A DNA stretch of 64,000 nt from a virus (taxonomy: Duplodnaviria > Heunggongvirae > Uroviricota > Caudoviricetes). The stretch covers positions 122,552 to 186,551 of the IMG/VR virus record IMGVR_UViG_3300027963_000034, one strand, 5' to 3'. Position numbers and translations under genes: made by a program. Shown piece by piece: positions 8,357-18,264 of this stretch (positions are counted from its first letter, which is position 1; every line of letters starts with the position of its first letter). The notes beneath the pieces are model-generated. The model ran no database searches. It was not told the DNA's origin and was given only the letters and a program-made list of their open reading frames with translations.

Positions 8357-9967
8357 TTAACCAATTAACCAAGTTAAGTTTTCTTTTTCACCTCTACCTA
8401 CATTCATTTCATATGGATTATCTTTTAAATGACTATGTGCTGTATATAGTCCAGAATGTTTATTTACATGAGCAGAGTTTAACATACTTTTAGTTAAATC
8501 AATCCCTTCTTGCTTTAAACGAAGTGCTGTATTACGAACCCACAATCCAATTGCTAATGCCATAATTAAATCATCATTATAACTTTTCATAGCTTCGGCT
8601 CTACCACCACTCCAAATAAAAGTAAACATTTCATCTATCAATCTTTGTGAACGAATTAGAATATCTTTATCTGTCATATAGGTGTCCAATGCTGATATAA
8701 TTAATGGTCTAGTTTTTGAAGTCGTACTAAAACCTGCAATCATTTTCTTTTCGTCTCTATAAAATTTATTAGACATTTGTTTTTCAACATCAATATATTT
8801 TAAATCATTACTCATATAGAATAGATTTCCATATCCTCTATCTATAATAGTTTGTATAGTTGACCAACCAACATTTGAATTTTCTACTACTAAAAGTGCG
8901 TTATTCCATTCGGTTGCTACCGCTGTTAAAAAATTACCAAAATCTTTTGTTTCGATTTTACCTCTATATTCGGCAACTTGTGAACTATCTTCAATATCAA
9001 TTACCTGAAATGTAGAATAATCCGAACCATCACCTCTAGCTACGTCGGCAACTACCATATAGTTTCGATTGTAGTTAGGATGTTCCCATTTCCAATAGTT
9101 ACCATCAAATCCAACTTTTTCGACAGGGTCCATCACATATGTATCTTTATACCACATTAGTAATTCAGGGTCAATGACGGTATCACCGGAACCAACAAAG
9201 TCACAATCACATTCTTGTGCCGCTCCTTTAACTCCTAAAATACGAGTTTGTTCATCTCTCCATGCCTGATTTCTTTCTGGATGAACAGTCCAATGAAGAT
9301 TGATACAATTGAAACCATTACTTCCACTTTCCCCTTCTACCCACATTTTATGGAACCAGTTACCCACACCATTTGGAGTAGATAATACAATTGCAGAACC
9401 ACCCGTTGATAATGTAGATTGTGCTGATAACCAAATTTCATCAATATCTCTAATGAACGCCGCCTCATCCACAACTAATAGGGATAGGGCTTCAGAACGT
9501 CCTGCATCTGGAGAAGATGCGATTGCTTTTACTTGTGAACCATTTTTTAATTTAAGAGAAAGTTTATTATCTTCTACCGAACTATTACTACCATCTCTTA
9601 ACCAAATAGGAAGTAAGTCGTGCATAACTCTTACTTTCTCTACCAGATTCTTTGCTACAGTCACTTTTGTTGCAATAACCAATGCGTTAAAATCTTGATT
9701 AAACAACATCTTCCAAAGTATAAATCCCGCAGAAAGAGTTGATAACCCTAACTGACGAGATTTAAGAATAATATTAAAACGATTATCTTTGAAGTCTGTT
9801 AAACAATCTTCCTGGAAATGATAAAGGTGAAAGGGTATTTTTCCTCTCACCGGATGCTGAATTATACAATATTTTTTCATAAAATATATCGGGTCTCCCG
9901 CACATTTACGAAATTCTTCAGCTATTATCTCTTTTAATGACTTTTTAGGTTGCCCTTGAACAGACAT
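8357..9967 (-). CDS. gp17: Terminase large subunit, gp17-like
   Basis: Walker A ILKSRQLGLST, Walker B LLVVDEAAF, STPNG, and nuclease motifs VADVARGDGSD and DDLIMALAI. Confidence 0.95.
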   Translation of the reverse strand: MSVQGQPKKSLKEIIAEEFRKCAGDPIYFMKKYCIIQHPVRGKIPFHLYHFQEDCLTDFKDNRFNIILKSRQLGLSTLSAGFILWKMLFNQDFNALVIATKVTVAKNLVEKVRVMHDLLPIWLRDGSNSSVEDNKLSLKLKNGSQVKAIASSPDAGRSEALSLLVVDEAAFIRDIDEIWLSAQSTLSTGGSAIVLSTPNGVGNWFHKMWVEGESGSNGFNCINLHWTVHPERNQAWRDEQTRILGVKGAAQECDCDFVGSGDTVIDPELLMWYKDTYVMDPVEKVGFDGNYWKWEHPNYNRNYMVVADVARGDGSDYSTFQVIDIEDSSQVAEYRGKIETKDFGNFLTAVATEWNNALLVVENSNVGWSTIQTIIDRGYGNLFYMSNDLKYIDVEKQMSNKFYRDEKKMIAGFSTTSKTRPLIISALDTYMTDKDILIRSQRLIDEMFTFIWSGGRAEAMKSYNDDLIMALAIGLWVRNTALRLKQEGIDLTKSMLNSAHVNKHSGLYTAHSHLKDNPYEMNVGRGEKENLTWLIG

Positions 9968-10614
9968 TATTTTTTAAATTTTATTTTCCAATATACACCA
10001 CCACCGATATATGGAGATAATGTTCCGTTAGTTCCATCGGTTACTCTATTAGAAATACCAACACCCAAATTATAGATTTTATCTTTTTTAGTTTTGATTA
10101 ATAATCCTGCACCTAAATTTGAAACCACATCTGCTTTATTAAATCCACCAGTTAATCCATAATATACTTGAGTTTTAGGTAATTCTTTAACAATTAAAGT
10201 TTCTTTAATTTCTCTTTGCTTTACTTTTGCGTTGAAGGTTCTACCTAAAATTTTGTTTTTTGTAATTGTATCTATAAGAGAAACTTCACCTAAACTATCT
10301 GGTAAATGTAATGTATCTTTGTAGATATATTTTGCTAAATAATCATGTAATAATGCCGCTGTGTCCACATCAACTAGTCTAATTGCCGTATCATGTAGAA
10401 TTACTTCATGTATAATATCTGCTCCTTTTTTAGTTAAAGTTTTTGTTTTTACAACTTCGACAGTGTCTATTTCATGTTTAATAACTTCGTATTTTTTTCC
10501 ATCAATTTTAATGGTTCTTCCTGGCATTTTACCACCTGGATTAAAATACTCTAATAAAATAATTGCAATTAAAACTGCAATTGCAATGTTTTTTAAATTT
10601 AATAATTTTTTCAT
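9967..10614 (-). CDS. Envelope protein with N-terminal TM anchor and C-terminal beta strands (spanin candidate)
   Basis: Hydrophobic segment at residues 10-21; alternating Gly/aromatic strands ending in YIGGGVYWKIKF. Confidence 0.45.
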   Translation of the reverse strand: MKKLLNLKNIAIAVLIAIILLEYFNPGGKMPGRTIKIDGKKYEVIKHEIDTVEVVKTKTLTKKGADIIHEVILHDTAIRLVDVDTAALLHDYLAKYIYKDTLHLPDSLGEVSLIDTITKNKILGRTFNAKVKQREIKETLIVKELPKTQVYYGLTGGFNKADVVSNLGAGLLIKTKKDKIYNLGVGISNRVTDGTNGTLSPYIGGGVYWKIKFKK

Positions 10615-10616
10615 AA

Positions 10617-11285
10617 TTAATTTTTTATCAATTCTGGATGATTTAATTCACGTAACTTATTTTCTAATGCCAACTTACGTTCTATCAATGTTTCAATAGC
10701 ATCGTAAGCACCATCAATATCTTTTTTCACATCTTTTTTAACTTGTTCTATATCCACTTTCCATTCCCACTTTTCTAATTTACCATCTTCGGTAATGGTT
10801 TCAAAATGAGATTTTATACCTGCCAAACTTTCTTCCATTTTAACTTTCATATCTCTAACATATGCTAGTTTATTTAAAGTTATTTTATAATCTTCATAAA
10901 ATGGATATGTTCCATCTTGTTGAAGTTCTCTTTCTTTTTTAGCTAAACAAACAATACATAATCCAGTTCTACGAATTAATTTTTTATCCGCATTGCTGTA
11001 TTTATCTGTTTTACAATCTACTCCATGACATGTGTTCATTTTTTGTAAAAAATCCCTCACATCATCCATTTGAGAAACTGCTATTTTAAAACCTTCTTTC
11101 TGTTCCCATTCCTTTCCATCACTATCCGTCCACCTATCACCTACTTCTCTTTTTGTTTCCGTTTCCTTTTCATAACCAAATACTCTTTGTGTATTATCTT
11201 CTCTACCAAAGACGGTATCTATAATAAGTTTACGAGATTTATGAATATTTTTATTTTTCTCATCAAAACTTTTTCTTTTTGCCAT
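10617..11285 (-). CDS. Hypothetical protein with Zn-finger-like Cys pairs
   Basis: CHGVDC and CIVC pairs; coiled-coil C-terminus. Confidence 0.55.
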   Translation of the reverse strand: MAKRKSFDEKNKNIHKSRKLIIDTVFGREDNTQRVFGYEKETETKREVGDRWTDSDGKEWEQKEGFKIAVSQMDDVRDFLQKMNTCHGVDCKTDKYSNADKKLIRRTGLCIVCLAKKERELQQDGTYPFYEDYKITLNKLAYVRDMKVKMEESLAGIKSHFETITEDGKLEKWEWKVDIEQVKKDVKKDIDGAYDAIETLIERKLALENKLRELNHPELIKN

Positions 11286-11331
11286 ACTACTATGTTTAAA
11301 TAACTAATTGTTTATACTATATATATCAATT

Positions 11332-14300
11332 TTATTCGTAAAAAATACCAAGTATTTGATTTAGAGGTGCAAATGTACCAGTAAGTTTATATGTGTTACC
11401 ATTATAAAAAAATACTAATCCTTCATTTGCAACTATTTTATCAATACCACCCAATTGATTTAATCTATTTAATTCTTGTTTTAATTTTTGTATTTGGGCC
11501 GGACTTCCAGAATCTCTTACCTGACTTGCAACTGATTTTAATTTCTCTTTCATTGAACGAATGGCTTTATCTGGATGAACAGTCAATACACTTCCAACAA
11601 ATTCTAATACATCTGCACCAACTCCTAAAAATATTTCTTCAAATGGTTTGATATTTTCTTTTTGTTGTTTTATAACATTTACTTTATCGTTTTCAACCGC
11701 CCAATCCTGTAATTTAGGATTTGATATTGTATTTAAACGAAATGATTTATCTCCAAACGCCCATCTTCTAACTAATGATTCTTTTGTCATTTTATCAACC
11801 TTTGATGGTGCTTTTGTATCAATAAAATTTTCCCACCAAGTTTGATGATATACTGAAACATTATCACTATCTTTTAAACCAAATTCATTTTGTACTTTAT
11901 TTAATTTTGAAAGATATTTTCCTTTTTTAGATGCCAAATCTGATGATTTTGGTATTTCAGTTACCGGCGGGCCTTGAATTGTATATTTAGATTGAACATC
12001 TGCATTAACTTGTTTAATCATACCAGCTAATGTTCTTGCTGTACCCTGGTCTGCACCAATTGCGTTTCCTTTCTCATCATAACAAGTTGTATTATGAAAT
12101 ATTAATAAAGCTTGTCCGTAAGGAATAACATTTACCGATGTAGGCCAGATTACTTCCAAATTCATAAAACATTTTCCTTCGTTAAATATCTTTTTTCTTT
12201 GAGTTTCCGAAAGAGATTGTATTGCAGCTGATAAATCTCTCATAGCAAAATTATATGCATCAGTTAAACCACCTCTACCTGCAAACTTTGATGCAACATC
12301 TTCGATACCCATTGCATTTGCTCCAGCGTTTGCTAAATTTCCTTTATTTCTAGCTGCGATTAATCTACCACTTTTCCAACTTATTGCCAAAGCCTGTCCA
12401 TCAGTTTTTTCTCTTACTACACCTAAATCTCCTTCTAATGCTTTTGTAATAATATCTTTTAAATCACCAAAAGTTAAATCCATATCATCAAATGGATGGC
12501 TCATATGACCATATGCACCACCTTCCATTAATAAACCTTCTTTAATAAAATCCGTTTCTACATAATCAACATCAGGAAGATTTTTAATTGTATATCTAAT
12601 AGTTCTTTCTTCACCATCTTCATCTCCAAATATCGCATCTGCTGTTGGAAATTCGGTTTGTGTATATCCACCATTTGTATACCAATCTTCTTGTTTGTTT
12701 ATACCATCTTGTCCGTCTAATACTCTTTTTTTACCTTTTGGAACATATCCACCGTCAGGTGAACCATCTTCGGATGTGTTTAAACTAACTTCTTTTAGAT
12801 TTTTTTTTTCAAATAAATCTTCTATACCTAATCTTTTTTCAATTGATGTGATTTCTTCATATCCCATATCCCTTAAACTTCCAACTATTTCATCTCTATT
12901 TGGTTTTTTACTTCCACAAACTACTAAACTAACTTGTTTTTTAATGTTAGGTCCTCCTTTATCAAAATACTTTACAACATTTTTAAAATGGACATCTTTA
13001 CTTCCCATTTCGTATATATTCTGCCCTTTCTTATCCATTCTAAATGTAGTTGCTACTTTACCATTTATTGTTGGCATTCCATGGTCATCTTTTCCAAAAT
13101 CCTTAACAACAACTTTTTTGTTTTTAAATTTTCCCATTAAGACGGTATCTCCCTTATCAACATCTACATTAATATCTTCCACCTTTTGATATCCACCTTT
13201 GCCATCAAAATCAATCGTATCATCATCTGCTTTTATTCCTATATCGAATTTGTGATTATTTGTAAAATCCTTATCCGCCTTACTTACAGGTACGTGATTA
13301 TATGCTGTGTGTGCTTCTTGATAAATTTGTTTATTAACTCTACCATATTCTCTCATTAGAATTCCTGCAACTGCATGTGCTTGATTTTCTATTGGTGAAC
13401 CATCCGCTCCATCTTTATTAACATTTCTAACTAATCCCATTTCATCTTGCTTTCTATGAACCATTTCATGTGCAAGAGTTCTACAAATATCAGCGGTTAA
13501 TCTACCTTCGATTGCTACATATATAGATTTATCATCTGGATTATACCCACCTAAACTTGTTTTTACTTCTGCAAAATCTCTACCTGTAATTAAATTAACT
13601 TTTGGCGTTTCTTTTAATTTTAATCGTTTAGTTGCAAATTCTACAAAATGTTGAATTGAATTTTGTTTAGTTTCTGAAATGTTTTCATTTAATCCTTTTG
13701 TAATATTTTGTAATTTTGAAACTTCTTTTTGTTTTTTATAAGATTCTAATGTTTTTAATAATTGTTGAGGATTTGGTTCAAATGTTTCCATTTTTTTAAC
13801 AACATCTGCAACTAATTTTATAAACATATCACCATGTGCCTTTGTTTCATCCATTTCTTCCATTAATCCCATACCTTTAAGCGCCATATGTCCTAACCCA
13901 GCAACGCCTGCACCAACTTGTGCTTCGACATGTCCCTCACCCGCTGCCAATCCAACTGCTTCTAGTCCGCAATGTTTTGCGAAATCAATCGCTGCATGTG
14001 CTGAAAATCCACCAACGCTTGATACCGAATGAGCTGCACCATGAGTCGCAGCGTGGATAATACCACCAATACCCTTTCCAGCTACTGCTGCTCCACTTGC
14101 TCCTGCAATTGCTGCACCTACTACAACCGATGCCCCTATTACCGCTACATCTTTAAGAGTTGAAATACACGCTTTTCTTTGTCTTTTTTCCTCATGCTCA
14201 CTATATTTGTATTGTCCATCTTTATCTTTAAACCAACCAAATTGTGGTTTACCGGTATACATTGTTGATAATGCCAAAGATTTTAGGCCTCTACCTGTAT

Positions 14301-15750
14301 TTTTTAGTTGGTGGTATTTTTGTTTTACAACTTCATATACTTTTTCTGCTATATTTTTTGGAAGATTTGAAATAAAATCACCAATTTTTTGAGTCCACTC
14401 TTTTCTTGTTTCGGAATGTGGGTTGGTTGTTTCGTGTACTTCATGTTGTTCTTCTTCTGAAAAATCTTTGATTATATCTTCACATTTTCTTTTTGCTTCT
14501 TTAGCTATTTCTGCAGCCTTTTCTTTAATTTTATCTATATTAGATTTTTCAGCATCGGATTTTAATTCACCACCTCCTAATTTTTGTTCAGGTGGGGGGC
14601 CTTGTTCTTGTCCTTTTTCTCCAGGAGCAGATGTTCCAGTTTCCTTATCTATTTTCCCTTGTTGTGTTTGACCTTTTTTTGTTGGTTGGCCAGGTTCAGC
14701 TGGTTTTGCTGCTTGAGTTGCTGCTTTTCCAGGTTGTTCTTTTGGTTTTGGTTCATTTGCCGGTGCATCCGATGGTCCAACTATTTTTGCTGCTTGAATA
14801 TGTGCAGGATGTTCTTTTGGTAATCTTAAAGCATCTCTAGCTTTAATTTTAGTTGATTTTCCTTTTGAATTTGTATATGTTATATCTCTATCTAATGCTT
14901 TATTAGGTGCTTCACCAAAATATTGTTTAGCAAATTCTTCAAACATTTCATTTGTAATATATCTTTCTACTATTTCTGAAATAGGGTCATATGGTTCATT
15001 CTTTTTATGCCAATCTGGTTCATCTGATGGATGCTCCGTTTCATGTCTTGTAGGATGTGGTTCTGGTCTCATTTTTGATGAAGGTTGTGTATTATTTGTT
15101 TCATCTACTGAACCTGTTGGAGCTCCGTTAATATATCCACCTGGTAAATCTAATCCAACTCCTATACCACCTGGAAATCCTTCATTTAATTTTGATGTTA
15201 TCATTTTAAAAATATCTTTATCGAATTTTGGATACGCTTTAAGAAAAAACTTTTTAGCTTTTTCTTTATCATCACTTCCCAATCCTTTTCTAACTTGTGT
15301 CCCACTTATTGGATTTTCTTCTCCAGGTATTGGATATGTGTAACCAATTTCATCATAACCATATCCGGCTTTCCCGTTATATGGTTTAAAATATTTACCA
15401 TTTAATCTATCAGCATCCTTTTCACCTACGGCAGCAATATATTGTGTATCTTTGCCATCAAATTTTTTAAGTAGTTCCATAGGTCTGTATGGATTGCTAA
15501 CTTTTACAAATTTAGTCGATGGTACTCCAAACATTTTAGTTGCAATTTCTTTCTTTTCATTAAATGAAAATGGAGATTTATCCGAAGATGTATCATTCGA
15601 TGTTGCAATATAAACATTACCGGAACCAAATTCAGATACTAAATGTTGATATGCAGCATAGTGTCCTTTATGAAAAGGCTGAAATCTACCCGCATAAACA
15701 ACTATTGTTTTAGTTACTTTTGGTTTGTTTGCTTCATTTATTAAATTCAT
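11332..15750 (-). CDS. 1472-aa multidomain protein: HIGH-family nucleotidyltransferase + zincin + ATP-dependent ligase-like domain
   Basis: YAGRFQPFHKGH and ISGTQVR at the N-terminus; AHEMVH...ENQAH zincin motif; EKTDG, NLEV, EGLVF and YKL at the C-terminus. Confidence 0.7.
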   Translation of the reverse strand: MNLINEANKPKVTKTIVVYAGRFQPFHKGHYAAYQHLVSEFGSGNVYIATSNDTSSDKSPFSFNEKKEIATKMFGVPSTKFVKVSNPYRPMELLKKFDGKDTQYIAAVGEKDADRLNGKYFKPYNGKAGYGYDEIGYTYPIPGEENPISGTQVRKGLGSDDKEKAKKFFLKAYPKFDKDIFKMITSKLNEGFPGGIGVGLDLPGGYINGAPTGSVDETNNTQPSSKMRPEPHPTRHETEHPSDEPDWHKKNEPYDPISEIVERYITNEMFEEFAKQYFGEAPNKALDRDITYTNSKGKSTKIKARDALRLPKEHPAHIQAAKIVGPSDAPANEPKPKEQPGKAATQAAKPAEPGQPTKKGQTQQGKIDKETGTSAPGEKGQEQGPPPEQKLGGGELKSDAEKSNIDKIKEKAAEIAKEAKRKCEDIIKDFSEEEQHEVHETTNPHSETRKEWTQKIGDFISNLPKNIAEKVYEVVKQKYHQLKNTGRGLKSLALSTMYTGKPQFGWFKDKDGQYKYSEHEEKRQRKACISTLKDVAVIGASVVVGAAIAGASGAAVAGKGIGGIIHAATHGAAHSVSSVGGFSAHAAIDFAKHCGLEAVGLAAGEGHVEAQVGAGVAGLGHMALKGMGLMEEMDETKAHGDMFIKLVADVVKKMETFEPNPQQLLKTLESYKKQKEVSKLQNITKGLNENISETKQNSIQHFVEFATKRLKLKETPKVNLITGRDFAEVKTSLGGYNPDDKSIYVAIEGRLTADICRTLAHEMVHRKQDEMGLVRNVNKDGADGSPIENQAHAVAGILMREYGRVNKQIYQEAHTAYNHVPVSKADKDFTNNHKFDIGIKADDDTIDFDGKGGYQKVEDINVDVDKGDTVLMGKFKNKKVVVKDFGKDDHGMPTINGKVATTFRMDKKGQNIYEMGSKDVHFKNVVKYFDKGGPNIKKQVSLVVCGSKKPNRDEIVGSLRDMGYEEITSIEKRLGIEDLFEKKNLKEVSLNTSEDGSPDGGYVPKGKKRVLDGQDGINKQEDWYTNGGYTQTEFPTADAIFGDEDGEERTIRYTIKNLPDVDYVETDFIKEGLLMEGGAYGHMSHPFDDMDLTFGDLKDIITKALEGDLGVVREKTDGQALAISWKSGRLIAARNKGNLANAGANAMGIEDVASKFAGRGGLTDAYNFAMRDLSAAIQSLSETQRKKIFNEGKCFMNLEVIWPTSVNVIPYGQALLIFHNTTCYDEKGNAIGADQGTARTLAGMIKQVNADVQSKYTIQGPPVTEIPKSSDLASKKGKYLSKLNKVQNEFGLKDSDNVSVYHQTWWENFIDTKAPSKVDKMTKESLVRRWAFGDKSFRLNTISNPKLQDWAVENDKVNVIKQQKENIKPFEEIFLGVGADVLEFVGSVLTVHPDKAIRSMKEKLKSVASQVRDSGSPAQIQKLKQELNRLNQLGGIDKIVANEGLVFFYNGNTYKLTGTFAPLNQILGIFYE

Positions 15751-15764
15751 AACTATAAATATCT

Positions 15765-17186
15765 CTAAATCAAAGTATTTTCACCTTGTAACAAAAAGTT
15801 AATCATTTTTGATTGTTCGTGTTGATGCTTTTTTGAAAAAGAAAGAAAATGTTCCTGATTATACAAACAAATTTCTTTAACATTTCTTAAAAATTCATCT
15901 TTTTCATCTTTTGGTTTATTATGAAATTTCATTATTTCATGTATTACTTTATACATTCTATTTGAATCTTTTACTTCCGTATCATAACTTTCATCAATAA
16001 ATCCATCAAATGTTTTAAATCCCAAAGAACGAATATATTCCAATGATTTTGCAGGTCCTAATAATATAAATGGTTGACAATGGCCAATGGGTTTCCATAT
16101 TTTTTCAGAAAGATATCCAGTAGCAAATTCTTTTTCTTCGTGACCATGTGATGTTTGAAAAAATATAGATTCAGTAACAATACTCATATATGAATTTAAA
16201 TATATATCTTTATTTTCAAACCCATATCCAGCTATTTTTGTTAAATCATCAATATCCAAATGATTCGATGTATTTTTTACTAAATCTATAAACGAATCAT
16301 CATCAAACATATATCTATGCTCATCTATAAGTTGTTGTGAATAAAACTTTTTATCCCAAGAAACTAAAAAATTATCTAACCCAGCTCTCCATAAATCATA
16401 CAATACTTTTATTCTATGCGGTTTCCAATGTCTACAAAGAAATAAAAAATCTTTTTTATCTTTACCAATTGAATCTATAAATTCTTCCGGTGTAACTACT
16501 GAATTTTTTGTATTCCCTATTTTTCCAACCTGTGGTTCATCATTATTATTCCAATATGAAAAATCTGGATTTGTTAATGTATTTAAAAATTCTTGAGATT
16601 TTGCTATTAATGCTTGATTATAATCCAATACTTTTATATTTCTTCCTAATTTTTCAATATTCTTTTTTAATTTAAAATCTTGAAAAATAAAATAAACTTT
16701 TTCATCTGGTATTTCATTCTTATCAATAAAGTTAAATATTTTTTCAAAATTTTCTTTATTAACACCTAATCCACCATCTATAAAATAACTTATAACTAAA
16801 TTTCCATCATAATTTTTAATTTCTTCAATTGCAGTTTTAGAAACAAATTCTAATGCCAATTGAGAATGTATTGAGCTTCCGATTCCAAAAAACTTTTCAA
16901 AATTACCAAATGGTTCTACCACATAAAACCATTTTTTTCTTATTCCTTTTTTTTCTCTATCTTTTATTATTTCAAATATAGACTTTCTATTAGTATATTC
17001 TGATAAATAATTACTATTATAAACCGCCCAATCATCTCCCCATCTTTCTCTAAAATACGGACCAGATTGGTCAAATTTAAAATCAGATGCTCTTGCAATT
17101 GAACCTAAAAATTTAGGATTTAAACAATTTGGTTGTTCTCCATTATGTGTTACCACATCATAACCAAATATTAATTGTTCTATCAT
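15765..17186 (-). CDS. Putative glycosyltransferase (GT10/GT-B-like family, paralog 1)
   Basis: SIVTES...YLSEKIWKPIGHCQPFILLG...GFKTF; resembles the GT10 E...Y.TEK motif. Confidence 0.4.
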   Translation of the reverse strand: MIEQLIFGYDVVTHNGEQPNCLNPKFLGSIARASDFKFDQSGPYFRERWGDDWAVYNSNYLSEYTNRKSIFEIIKDREKKGIRKKWFYVVEPFGNFEKFFGIGSSIHSQLALEFVSKTAIEEIKNYDGNLVISYFIDGGLGVNKENFEKIFNFIDKNEIPDEKVYFIFQDFKLKKNIEKLGRNIKVLDYNQALIAKSQEFLNTLTNPDFSYWNNNDEPQVGKIGNTKNSVVTPEEFIDSIGKDKKDFLFLCRHWKPHRIKVLYDLWRAGLDNFLVSWDKKFYSQQLIDEHRYMFDDDSFIDLVKNTSNHLDIDDLTKIAGYGFENKDIYLNSYMSIVTESIFFQTSHGHEEKEFATGYLSEKIWKPIGHCQPFILLGPAKSLEYIRSLGFKTFDGFIDESYDTEVKDSNRMYKVIHEIMKFHNKPKDEKDEFLRNVKEICLYNQEHFLSFSKKHQHEQSKMINFLLQGENTLI

Positions 17187-17187
17187 A

Positions 17188-18261
17188 TTATAATAATTTA
17201 TTTTTTAAAGTATATTTTGATAAAAATTCAGAAAGAATTTCTTTTACAAATTTTTTATTTAATCTAGATGAAACATGTCCTAAATACCATCTATTATCCA
17301 TTTCATATTTTATTTCTTCTAATGTTTTATCATGATGTTCCATAAATAAAATATCCGCATATACTGATTTATTCATATCTAATGGTCTATTTGGATATGT
17401 TTTTAAATTAGAAACATCCCAATTTCGAATCGCCCATTCAATTATACCACCATGTTTTGTAATACCATCTTCTTTATAAAACCAATGATTTGACCAATCT
17501 ATCATATCTATTAAATTTTTAACATATGGTGTATCTGAATAGTCATATAAATTATCCAATTCCCAAGTATTTGGTATAAATTTTTTATCCAATACTGATT
17601 CTGAAAATTTATCTTTATCAGTTTCTCTATAATTTGGAAATCCCATTCCCCAATCTTTTGTGTAACTTTTAGAAAAATTATTTTGAATATCAAAAGTTTT
17701 ATATTCTATACCTTTTAATTTTAAATAATTTTGAAGTTTTAACATTGCTTCAAAATGATATATTAAACAATTATCATTTGATAGAATGTATTTTATAAAA
17801 TATGGTAAAAATTCTTTTATTTTGTTATCAACATGTCCAACACCATATCCTCCGGTTAAAAACCAATATCCATATTGACCATTGTATTCTTTTTCTTCAA
17901 TCCAATCCGATATATGTGCCAATCCTTTTAAATCTATACCAAATTCATCTATTTTTTCATTTGATATAAAAAAAGCTTGTCTTGAAAAATTTGACCATTG
18001 GGCTATCACAGAAATATCTTCTGCTAATACTCCTTTTTTTAATAACTTTTCTACTCCGTATATTATTGAATTTGCTATTGTGTGATTATCATTTGTTGCA
18101 CTTCCATAATTTAAAACATTTACATTATATAAATTTTCAATCCAATGTGGCCATCTCCACATTTCTATAAAATCATTTTGAAAATCAGAACAAGTACCTT
18201 CGGTATTGCATCTATATTCTTGACGTGTGAATGAACATCCACTTGTTATTAAATATTTCAT
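17188..18261 (-). CDS. SGNH/GDSL-like esterase or acyltransferase (paralog 1)
   Basis: N-terminal ITSGCSFT, NYG...N block and C-terminal GHVS. Confidence 0.55.
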   Translation of the reverse strand: MKYLITSGCSFTRQEYRCNTEGTCSDFQNDFIEMWRWPHWIENLYNVNVLNYGSATNDNHTIANSIIYGVEKLLKKGVLAEDISVIAQWSNFSRQAFFISNEKIDEFGIDLKGLAHISDWIEEKEYNGQYGYWFLTGGYGVGHVDNKIKEFLPYFIKYILSNDNCLIYHFEAMLKLQNYLKLKGIEYKTFDIQNNFSKSYTKDWGMGFPNYRETDKDKFSESVLDKKFIPNTWELDNLYDYSDTPYVKNLIDMIDWSNHWFYKEDGITKHGGIIEWAIRNWDVSNLKTYPNRPLDMNKSVYADILFMEHHDKTLEEIKYEMDNRWYLGHVSSRLNKKFVKEILSEFLSKYTLKNKLL

Positions 18262-18264
18262 TTA

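Noticed and set aside
8357-9967. Intein or intron in the terminase or other core genes
   Set aside because: Lengths are normal, and no splicing motifs or homing endonuclease ORFs were seen.
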